Source: Magallana gigas
Lineage: Eukaryota
Direction: 5' to 3'
Length of the DNA: 64,000 bases
Assembly: GCF_963853765.1 (NCBI RefSeq)
Contig: NC_088857.1
Span: 48,236,001-48,300,000 of the forward strand
Shown: one piece after another, positions 1 through 11,900 of the stretch
Layout: every line of letters begins with the position of its first letter
How positions within the stretch are numbered: position 1 is the first letter of the stretch
Notes under the pieces: model-generated
The model's input: only the letters and a program-made list of their open reading frames with translations
What the model was told of the DNA's origin: nothing
Databases searched by the model: none
Program-made: the position numbers and the translations under genes

Positions 1-2999
1 TGGACAACCTGGGAGTAACACTGTCATTTTCATTGAGGTTTCAGAACTAGATGTTGACTCAATATAAAATCTCTTCATATACACGTATAATATAAATGAA
101 ATGTATTTACCACTATCCGCAATCATTTAATATGTGACCAAATCTCATATGTGATCAAATTACCAACTGATTAGATTATACAAACTAAAGTTGATTAAAT
201 AACGAAAGTTCTAATTAAAAACTGTAAAATCAATATACTTTTAGACATTCATGCAATTCAGATTTTATTGTTCAGAACTTTATATCTAAATCAAAAAACA
301 GTAAGCTCGATACCTACGGAGAATGACTGCACTATGTTGGGAATATAACACTGTCAGGATAATGTGAAATTTTAAAAAAAATCCATTCGTTCAGTAATTG
401 AAATTGCATGATATTTTGTCTAACAAGTTTTTTTCGTAAAGAAATAAATCAATAATTTGATGATTGCTTGGTTTTTGCTGCAACCCAAGGTGAGACTGTT
501 TGAACCACCTTTCTGGTTCTCTGTATTCTCCAAAAGAAAATTAATTACCGGTATATACCGGTACTAAGCTCTCGAGATAAACGGACAGTTTATCATGTCA
601 GTATATAAATTACTTGTTTGACAACCTAAATGTTAAGGTCAGAGGTCGTGTATGTGTCAATGTTTGACATGACATCTGCTTTCACGGGACTTTATAATGG
701 TCAGGGTATATTTGTTGTTCTTTGAAAACCATCTTTCTCTACACTCCGAACCAACTCGGTGAATCGGATGCACAATTTTCTCTGTACAGTGTGCATATAA
801 TTATTAAAATAATGGAAATCCGTTTTGATAAAGAAGATGGGGGAACAAGATAGCGCAAATGCCCATTTGGTTTTGTCGTAAAAAAAATTTCAAATTAATT
901 TTAATTCCAACCAAATATACTATATGATGTTAATTTACAAGTATACAAAAGCACGATTTCTATATAACTATATTCAGTTTTGAATATTTTAAAAAACGAT
1001 AAAAAAAAATTCTAAAGTTTGGTGTTATCGTACCCAAAACCTAAAAACCCTAGATCTATAATGTTACCTAATGTCTGGTGCTCTAACCACTGAGCCATTT
1101 CAGTCACAACAAACTTCACTGTTAAATGCTAAATGGAACTTTAACCACGAATTTACGGACTTGTAGTATTTCTCTAAAACGTTCAGTTGTTGGGATACAA
1201 AATGACATTTTTAAAGTATAGTGGGTCACCATGTTTTTGTTGATTGAAATCGGTTTGATTTCCTTTAAACCTCAAATAGACTTTGACAAAAATATGGAGC
1301 CCAGACTTCATCATAATTTTAATTTCAGTCATGAATAAATGCACATTTATCATTTTTTGTTTTTTGATTTTTAGTTTGTTTTCTTTGCATTTATCCGAAA
1401 TTCAAAAAAGCTCTGTATGACGTCATTTCCTGGCATCCATGTCGGCTGCTGTGATCAGCGAGCGCGCGTTCTGAAGGTTGTCTGTTGATAGCGTTACCGG
1501 GAAACCCTGGATAATATTCCATTGATCCCCGGAAACTTGGCTTGTCAATTGCAGAGTCGTCCAAGTTAGAAACCAGAGATTTATTAATATAAAACATATT
1601 TTAAACAGTTTTTGTATTGTACAAGCCAGGATCATACATGAGCAAAATCAATAAAGTGTAATGAAAGGAAAATACATTTGACTTTTTGAACTTAAACATT
1701 CGTATGTTGATAACAGGTTGTATGAAGAGGAAAACATGTTAATTTTTGTAGAATTGTAATGTGGATTATATTCTGTTTTCAAAATTAAGCAAAATTGAGT
1801 ATCAAACAACACAGCTCTAATAACTGGACGAGAATACAATGTGTGCTCGACAAAAGAATACAATTCATACATAGCGACCACCGTGGTAATGCATATATTG
1901 TCAGAGTACGTATCTGACGCATTTATACAATGATGTACAGTACGAAAGCAATGTCTGTACCATCATAGAAAAAGAGAAAATGACAAAACCTATTATATTC
2001 ATATTCTGGGAATAGAATAAGATTAAAGATGTGGTCCTCGAAATCTTCATCAATTCGACACCAAGGATGGATCTTATGCTGGAAGAGCCCGGCCCGCAAA
2101 CTGCATTTTACATGTTTCCAGCACTTTTCCCCCAGACAAAATAACAACAATCATTTCACAAACAATCAGAAGACGCGTTACATAGAATTGTTATATTGAT
2201 GTGTAATGGTACAACAGGGTGACAAAATCTTCTGCTTCCCTGTAATTTTCAAGAGTTATTAAAAAGTGCCAAGTGTGGCATATATTTTATAGAGAACTCA
2301 TGAAGATTACAATGGACCTGGTCAAGTAGTGAATCGACTTTCTGTCATTTTTATTATATTGTGTATAGAGTGTATACTAGTATTGCACGAAAATCAATCA
2401 CGTTAAAAAGTACGCTTAAAGCTCACTTGATTATCATTTCTGGGCAGCATGGACATTTTATCATAACCAGCACAGAGTGTATTTGTACATCTTATGCTGG
2501 TCCTTGATGGCAATATATACATCATCAAAGATACTTAATCCATCGAGTCGTTTTATGGGATGCAAAATCATCCCATGTTATGGCCGATTATTTTCTTTTC
2601 ATCAGGTTTTTTCAGAGTTTATTGTTTTTTTTATCGAGCAGACGTTTGATGATACTGGTATGCATGTACGATATTCACACGATGTTAACATGTACATACA
2701 TGTCACAAATTGTCACACATGTCACAATTTGGAAATACAGAATGATTAACAAATCTATTTAAAATCGTTCTACATGGAGCCATATTTCGTGATTATTTGA
2801 TGTTCACTGACCATACGCTCTTGTATCATAGATTTTCTTTATAAATGAATAATAACTCAGGATCAAATTTTTAATTTTTAAAGAATTGAAATTCGAATAT
2901 TCACGAAATCTCGAAAGTTGAGCAACTGCCAGAAACGTGCATGCATAATTCTAATGTCTAGACGTCTGTATAGACAGAATAATGGCTCTCTTTTTTCAG

Positions 3000-5900
3000 G
3001 TGTCTTTGAGCTCTTCGATTGTTTTCTGTTCCTGTACGTTTGGTTCGTACATGTTCTATCGAACGGACACTCACCTGAGAAATGCATTCTACGTTATGAA
3101 GGATTCGCACCTGACCAGTATTGCTATAGAACGCACGCAAGCTCTGCAGGTATATTATTATAACAACAAAGAATTTACAGATAATCGACTAGCTCATCTG
3201 ATAGCAGATGTAAATTCAAAACCGATAATTAGGCTTAATGGTTTACATATGATATAAAAACAGCTCCAAACACTTTTTGAGTATTTAGTAACTCTGCAAT
3301 TTTGATAGTCTGGTACAGTATATCTGAAAGATTGTTTGGTCTTCCGATCCCACGACCATGTAGGATTTTAACTTTATAAACTCAAGAGTTTACAAATCGT
3401 GTAAGAAATCTTTATCAATAATAGATGTAATCATTTCAGTTGTTGTGTACGTTACATATTGTTTATCAATTGAACTTTAATAAAAGAAAAAAACTATTTT
3501 GCAGAAGAACCTTTTGTCGGCCGTGTTGCCGAAAGCTGTGGTAGCGAGAATCTCGCGTGACTTCTCCTTGTACAGATCTAACTCCTTCCGGGAACTTTGC
3601 AGCAAGTGCCATGAAGATGTCAGGTACATATATCTCCAACATTACTTCGATTTGGTCCAAATGGTTTGATGGCATTAAAACGTTATAAAAACTAATGTTC
3701 TGCGGCAAAAACCGTATACTATTTTGTACTTTTACTATAGTCCTTGATATATAAAATAACCAACAAATATTAACATGGAGGATTATGGAAGGGAATTATC
3801 GCGAGAGAATGCATATCAACTAGCATATCGGGGTACTGGTATTTATTTGACGTGCGCTTTGAACCTTTTGTTATAATGTATCGGTATATCCTTCTATATT
3901 TGATAATTTAGAAGTGGAAAAGGAACTAGATACTAGTAGATTACACGATCAGTTTGTACCGATCCCTGCTGACAAAGCAGGAAACAACATAGTCTTTGTT
4001 TGTAAGGCTCATTATATAAATTGTACATTTATGTTAGAACTTTCCATTAATTCCGCAATTTTACCAAAATCAATAGCATAAAAATAACGACTTTCTACAC
4101 TTTATACAAGCATCCTCCACGATACAAAGTCCAGGCTTTTTGACATCATTGATTGCTGCTTGTTCGATAAAAATTGATCACGTAAATTTATTTACCTTGT
4201 CATCGGTCATTTGCAAAATTGGTTTGATAAAAACCATAATCGGATTGTGTACACAAGTACTCTGAGGTGGATACTAAAAAGATGCTTGAAGTTCTAAAAG
4301 ACAACATCTACGTAAATTTTAGATAAAAAAGGACATGCTCCTCGTATGAACAGTTTGTAAGGCGAGGCAAGCTACTGACAAACAAATAACACAGGACTGT
4401 CAAGAGTTTCCATTGAAGTAATATTTTCGTAAGTTCTATGGTCCATACAACTTTGTCGGCAAATACAATCTTCCACTGAGTAGATGACGTGCAATCCTCC
4501 ATGGCACCTGTTCCTACCTCGAGTTTTTTAGAGGTCTGTGTTTGCTCTTATTCTGTTTTGTATTTTTCCTTTTGACTTTTGATTCTGAACACTGTTCGTT
4601 ATCACCAAATTTCATCAGACATATTATTCCTACCTTTATCGTTATTAGGTTGACCTTTTTGGAATTTGGAATGTCCCTGTGACAGTTCCTATAAAGTCTA
4701 TTGTTTTTTGGAAAATCATAAAGACAGTCAGAGAGATTAGGGTTTGCATCTATGATCGATTATTCGATTTCGAAAAACTGAGCTGTTATAGTAAGAATAT
4801 CTTTGAAAATCAGTCTGGTTTGCTTTTAGTTTGAAGTCTACATGTCCTTGCGTATCGATTTAAGTTTATCCAAAAAGCTATTCCCCGATGAATATACATG
4901 TCTGAATAATCAAACTGAATGTAGTTTAGACTTCAAACGAAAAAATCATTTCCAGGTATATGAACAGGAAAGTAATTTCAATGATTCCGACAGAGCAGAA
5001 ATTCTGCCGTATAAATGAAGCAATCGGCGGAATGAAACTCCTATTGGATAACCACTTTTCATCTCTATTAGAACGGCTCGCCGAATGTCTTTAGAGTAGA
5101 CGTACATTTATTGAATCATGTATTCTATGTTAATTCACTGGTTTGTTTTCAAAGCAGGAAATATTGAAGTGACCGTGATTCATATAATAGAATAGAAACG
5201 ACAACCATAAAAGATAAAAGCCACATTGCTTACATAGGCGTCGGAAGCAAATTAAAAGTGGGGGGGCTAGACTAATCCTCAGAAATATTCAGAAAAAAGT
5301 AATTCCCAAAATCATGGAAATCCTAATCCGTGGGGGGGGGGGGGGGGGGGGTATACACTTCCAAAAAAAAAAGTTACTTACCCATATTTTTCTTCTCCAA
5401 AATGATGAAACTCCTAATCCGTGGGGGGGGGGGGGGGGGGGGGGGGGGGCTAGTATGCTTCTGAATCTAACCTCTCAATCTTTCAAGGTAAATTTAGGAA
5501 CAATAATCTTTCCTGCGATAAAAAGTGGGGGGCTGAACCCTCTATCATGCTATGTTTCTAATGGTTAGATATAACTTTGCAAAAAAAGTGGGGGGGGGGG
5601 GGGGCTAAGCCCCCCCTAGCCCCCCCGGTTCCGACGCCTATGGCTTATCATAGCAGAAGGAACAATTTAATATAATAAATTACAATATGCCCTCAGTTGA
5701 TTACAATTCTCTCTAGCTGATGAATTGTTTTGTGTACAACATGCTTTGATTACAATTTTGCTGTAAATATGATTGATATGATCTTATTATAGTATTATCA
5801 CCGGGGAAAATATGGGGTTACTATATATCCGGCGACAATTAAACTAAAATGCTTTAGATGGTAAAAAGCACTTTATTTGAACTTTAGGTCGGTATGGGTG

Positions 5901-8900
5901 ATTTCTGGGAATCCAAAAACTACACCCGGACAATCCGAAACCTAATTCCTCTCTCCCGACAATGGTGTATAACACAATACAAATAAGAATTGAAAACAAT
6001 AGAAAGCACTTAAGCACGAGTGACATATGTCATAGAGTAAAACTTCAATATGAGTGAGTCAATTAAATCAAAGGTGAGGTGTAAGAGTTAATTTAAAACG
6101 ATTAAGCAATTACGCCTTACGTAAACAAATGTTTTGGGATTAATGTTTTGAAAGACAAAATGCGATAAAGATATTATAGCAATTTGATAACAAATAAACT
6201 AATGTGAAGTTTTATACAAAATGTCTTGAATTATAGTTCATTGAAATTTCACCCCATGATAGTATGATTTCCAAAAACATGCCTTTTTTCAAATACAACA
6301 CACCCTGATTAAAATATTGTTTTGATTACTATATAAGATTTTCGATTCCATCATGATTTGTTTATGGTAGGACCATTTTCTCGCCTTAGTGAACCAATTT
6401 TGGAAGATTTTTCTGGATATTCCACATCACTATTTCGACTACCATAAATTTATTATAAATGGATTTTGCCGAACATTTCTAAATTGTCGTTGTTTTTTTT
6501 TTTTTTAGCTTAATCACATTTGTTGATTAAGCTAAAAAAAAAAAACAATTTAGATATGGAAAAATATTTTATTCGGTGAAACTTTACATCAAAACAGCTA
6601 TATCTATCTTCGAAATAACATACTAAATTGTATTGCGCAGGGTCACAGTAACGTTTAATGATAATGTTTGATTACATGTAGCTCTTAATTCAATCTGTTT
6701 GATTACATGTTGCTCTGATTACAACCTTTTTAATTTCAGCATGTTGTTTTGCACTGTGACAGGGATTGGTGACTTTGCAGATAAATCTCCTAAATCATGC
6801 ATTGTTCTCATCAACGAATTAATGTCCCAGTTTTCCTACCAAGCGAAGGTAAAAAAAAATACTCAACAGCTTTTTTAATGCTGAGAAGAAATTAATATAT
6901 TAGGCATACTATACACCTGCTATTTTCGCCTCGTGTCTCTTCCGCCCTTACACTACACTTGCAAACGGTGTCGCCCCGCTTCTTAAGTTCGTCTTGGCAA
7001 TGGAATACATGTATATGATAGATAACATTAATTGAATCTGATAAACACGATAGTTTAAACATTGTTTTAAAGTTGCCTAGTCTTAACTTCATCTGCTGAC
7101 AACAAGGGCGAATTTAATACAGTCATATGACCGAAAGTCATATGATCGAAATTCATAGTTAGTTGAACTTGTTGTTCACATTTCTTCAATGGATAATTGC
7201 ACCCACCCGATGAGTCGGTACGACACTGTTTTAATTGTTTGAGACTTTGACCTTTTTAACACCAATTGTTGACTCCTGACGTAAGGTTTAAGGAAACATA
7301 TATTAGCTCCACATTAATAAAGACTTTATCTTATTCATTTTGCTACCTTGTGCTGTCTCCTATAGAAACACTTTATGGAGGAGGTGGGATGGTCTTTAAA
7401 CGAGTATCAAGCCGTCTGTGGCGCCATGGAAACACGTGTAGATCACCCCATCCTAACCGTATACACAGCAATGGCAATACTGGACTACATGAAGTTCGTA
7501 TGCAGTCTCCCCTTTTGAATATTATTAAAATGAATTGAGTATTTTTTTTCTTCAAAACGCTTAATATTAACCTACTCCAAATGTAACGCGTTAACGATAA
7601 CATTTGTCATTTTCTTTCTAAGGGAACTCAAAAACAAAGTAAAACTTCCAAATGTGCACGCACGCATCGCTATCCACACGGGTGACATAGTGACAGCGGT
7701 GCTGGGGGCAAGACATTGGAAGTACGACCTTCTGGGTGATGACGTCATCAGAGCCAAACACTTGTTAGAGAGGGCACACAACGGGTAAGAGGGAAATCAT
7801 ACGCAATGTCGTCGCTCAATAAATCGTTCGCAAAATGTACGTCAACCCATAGTAACGCTCATGCATAGTAACGCTCATTTTTTTAATTTAAATATGATGC
7901 AACAAAGGATGATGGGTAGCAACGTACGTAGTCGTTAAACAAGCTTATCTTTTAAAAAGATTGGTGAGCTAGCGCTGTAGCCATCATAAAACACAGAAGC
8001 AGATTTCTAAAGCATTGGTTTATATTTCTGACTCGATTAATTAAATAGGAAGGCTCAGTGGTGTACGGGAATTGTGCTGGAGTGGGGTCTCAATTTAGAA
8101 CTGTGAATCTAGAGTGGGCTTCACATCGGCAATGGCATAGCTCATTTACTGTGCCTTAATCATTATGTATCTACTGTAATTTAAATTTTGAGGTGAACAT
8201 TTTCAAGAACCATTAGTACTGTTTTGTAGCAATCGAATCTTCTCGGGCCTTTCCGGCAAGCTCGGAAAACGTAGTAGAGTATTCCCAGAATCCCCTACTA
8301 TGGAGTCGAGCATGCGTATTCCAGTTAAAAGACTAACGTAGTTTCTAGCGCTCGAGAGCGCTAGCAATAAGAGTGGTGTACTAAAGTTAGTTATACCTAT
8401 TGTCTAGTATCATTTTTATATAATTAAAATGTTTCATCTGATAGATTGTTTCAAGCCATGTGATATTAATGTTCTTATTAGGCCTATAGTTACGATAAAT
8501 AAGCAACACATGTAGAGTTTATATTTGCTACACGATTGACTTTAGATAAGTGTAACTTATGAAAAATTATAAATAAGACTGTGAACTTGGTTAAACAGGG
8601 TTATTATAGGATCAAACAGGGTTAGTCTGGTATCAAATTAACTGGGACTTAAACTTGAAAAAAAAATTAGATAAGAGATTTCGAAATATTACTCTATATT
8701 TTGTTTTCGCAAAGTGATGTCAATGGGATCGAAGAATCAAAACATTCCGGAAAAAGAAGAGGTTTGGGTCATAATGCCATGTTCAATCATTTCAGACAGT
8801 GTTGATCATATAGACTTAATGTAGTTGCTAAGTGTTTTTTTTTTCATAGAGACGTATCAAAATAACTTTTTTATTTACGTCGAGACAAAGTTTTATGAAT

Positions 8901-11900
8901 TTAGATAATTACTAATAGCTTTAATGAACTTTCATAAATCAAATATCTCCCAAGAGAATGACAGAAATGTTTATGCTGAGTGAACTCGGACGAAATATGA
9001 GCAAATAACTAAGTTATTTTGTTTTTCATTAATGAAGGGGGGGGGGGGGGATTTTGATGACTTTCGAGATTATTGATTTAAAAATATATACATGTAGCTT
9101 GAAACGAATTAAGTTAATATGGTGGATTCATTCACGAAAAGGATTAACAAATTATACATGTATTAAAATTGTTAAAAAAGTTCTGTGTTGCTAGTTTATA
9201 TTATCGAAATTAAATAAATAAAAAAAAACGGTACTCGCGTAAAATAAGGAATCTAGAGTAAACCTTAATAAATAAAACAAACGTATTTCACTCTAGCATG
9301 TAAGTATCCGATCGAAACACAGACACTAACTTCAAATTCTCCTGTGCATTTAGTTTTAACACTGAATTTAAAATGTAGGCATTGAAAAAATAGCAGAATT
9401 GAGAAAATAAAAAAAAAGTACATGTACATTTAGGAACGAGTAAACTCAACGATACTTATTTAATACTTGCAACCAACAAGTATGAGTTTTGGGAGTTGTT
9501 TTTTTTAATCAACTTTCCTATGCAGATACTCTGTAAAACCGGACGTGAGACAATGTTTGGGCATAAGCACAAATCATCACCACTGAGAAGACTTAGTTCT
9601 TGAAAATAGTCGATGATATCGACGTAATGTATTCTGAAGCATTGTTTTTCAAAGAAACTTATTTAAAGATACATTAAAAATCGTCAGATTTTTAAAAATG
9701 GTACAACCAATGTTGTTTGGATCCATACAGCTTTCTAGAAATGTTTCGATTACTGATACATATTTTGATGGAATTAATTGGATCTTTAAATATTACAAAA
9801 CATTATTCATATGGGGTTTTTCGGAATTCTTGTCGGGAATTCTTGTACGAGAATTCATATCATAAATTTATAACATAAAAATGCACGTTATTCAGATACA
9901 TATTAAAAACTTCTTTCCATACAGAATAACATATCTTTGATTTTAAAATGAATAATAATCGATAAAATCAACTGTCAGTACTTTAGTAAGTACTTCAATA
10001 CTTTGTTTATATTCAAAATAATTGATGCCATGTCTAAAACAATCTTATATTACATATGTTAGATTTTTGATCCTCTTCCCTGCAGACAGGTGTTGATATC
10101 CGAGGCCACCAAATCAACTCTTCACGACGAGTTCATCATTGAGGCGATCGGCGAGTCCGACTTCTCTGTCAGATACGTCGTCAAACGGGTAACCATTGGT
10201 GACCATTGGAGACCATCATATAGATATATACATAGATATATACATGATGACCTAACATTATTCTCTGGATGATTTCAATATGAATTATAGTCAGAATTTC
10301 TTATCTCAATTAAAAAATAACATGGCCATGGAATCCTTTTTGGAGCAGTTGCCCCTGAACTACAGCACCTTACCTTGTACTCAAATATTTTATTTTCAGT
10401 TTAATGGAGATGACTACGAAAAAGGAATCGCCGCCCGCAGGGTTCACAGAAAGGTGATCTTATTATCAATCAAAGTACTGAAATTACAAACACGCGTAAT
10501 AACTACCTGGTAGAGAAGTAAAAGTAAGTATTGAGTAATAATGGCTGGATCCCAATTACTAAGGGAAACAGTTTGGCGATTGTGTAATGCAGTACATTGA
10601 ATAATCAGACAATGAAAAAACACTCACAGATTTAATTAATCAAAATATTAAACATGGTTGCATTTTCTGAAAAATAAACACTTAGTGTGTTCACAAAATG
10701 AACACATCTGAAATTCAAAGATGCTGTATTCTCTATTGAATATTTGATCTTGAACTTGCCGCATGCTTTTGATGTTGATACAAGTTCCGTCTTTCCTTCT
10801 CCTAACCAAATGTTTTATGATTAGGGACTTGAGGAAGACGTCCAAACACTGAGAGACTATAATACAAAACGTAATGAATTAAAGAGGTTAGTAAACATTG
10901 TGTAAAATCATTATCTAGTCGAACAAGTAAATAGTATCTGTAATTTAGTTGTCAGCCTTGTCACTTCTCTGTTTCAGGAAGCGGTCCAGTATCCAGGCCA
11001 GGTACAACAGCTCACTGAAGCCTGTGTGTGAGCGAGACCGGGAGACCCTGAGTCTTGTCTATGTAGGCCTCTGTGTCTTCTCTGTGCTCACCAACTTCTA
11101 TGTGACCGCCGTCGTCTCAAACATGTAAGTCGACTCAATCATGGAGTCATCTCAAGCGTAAGTCTACTCAATCATGTGATTCATCTCAAGCATTTAAGTC
11201 TACTCAATCGTGTAAGTCATATCAAATATGTAAGTCATCTCAAACTTGTAAGTCATATCAAACATGTAAGTCATCTCAAACTTGTAAGTCATCCCAAGTA
11301 TTAAAGTCGACTCAATCGTGTAAGTCCTCTTAATCGTACACATCATCTGAACTATGTATGTCGTCTTAAACATGTAAGTTGACTCAATCTTGTAAGTCAT
11401 ATCAAACATGTAAGTCATATCAAACGTGTAAGTTATCTCAAATTTGTAAGTTATCTCAAATTTCAAATCCTTTATTCCGAGTATCTGCTTTTGTAAACTT
11501 AACACCAAAAATAGCGCATTTTGATATCTTGAGAAGACCCCTTTAAAAACAGACCGTTAATTTCAGTATTTCTAACATATAAGTTAAAAAATAATAATAT
11601 GATAAGGTAACGACTTTAAAAAAGTAAATTTCTAGCTTATGAATGAAGATGGACAATTATTTTATTTTGTTAAAGAGTACTGTTCAATCACTGTCTTGAA
11701 ATCAGTTTGTATTATTAATAAAAACATTTCAGTGGTCTTTTGTTTCAGATCCCTCGCTCAGATAATATCTCTCACCATTGCAGTATTGTTTATACTCAGT
11801 TTCATTGCCATCAACTTCTTCATTAGCAAAGTACAGGTGAGATGAATCGCCCGTGGAAATGGGTCAGTGTTAGTTGAATTGAACACGGAACAATTATTGT

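Noticed and set aside
1-800. Possible minus-strand mini-exons (about 1-20 and 312-348)
   Set aside because: Plausible AG/GT borders, but the peptides are too short to identify or connect.
1830-2140. Coding-like + strand stretch with stops and a frameshift
   Set aside because: No family could be recognised with confidence; possibly a pseudogene relic.
2450-2700. Possible upstream M1 exons of the cyclase-like gene
   Set aside because: Hydrophobic frames exist (VYLYILCWSLMAIY; LMILVCMYDIHTML), but I could not fix unique splice sites and phase, so they were left out of the model.
6490-6548. Hairpin with poly-T/poly-A arms resembling an intrinsic terminator
   Set aside because: Eukaryotic intron. 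A short inverted repeat with homopolymer arms and no functional support.
11200-11508. 102-aa repetitive minus-strand ORF (…MTYKFE…)
   Set aside because: It is the antisense reading of the 18-bp minisatellite, with no start context or splice support.
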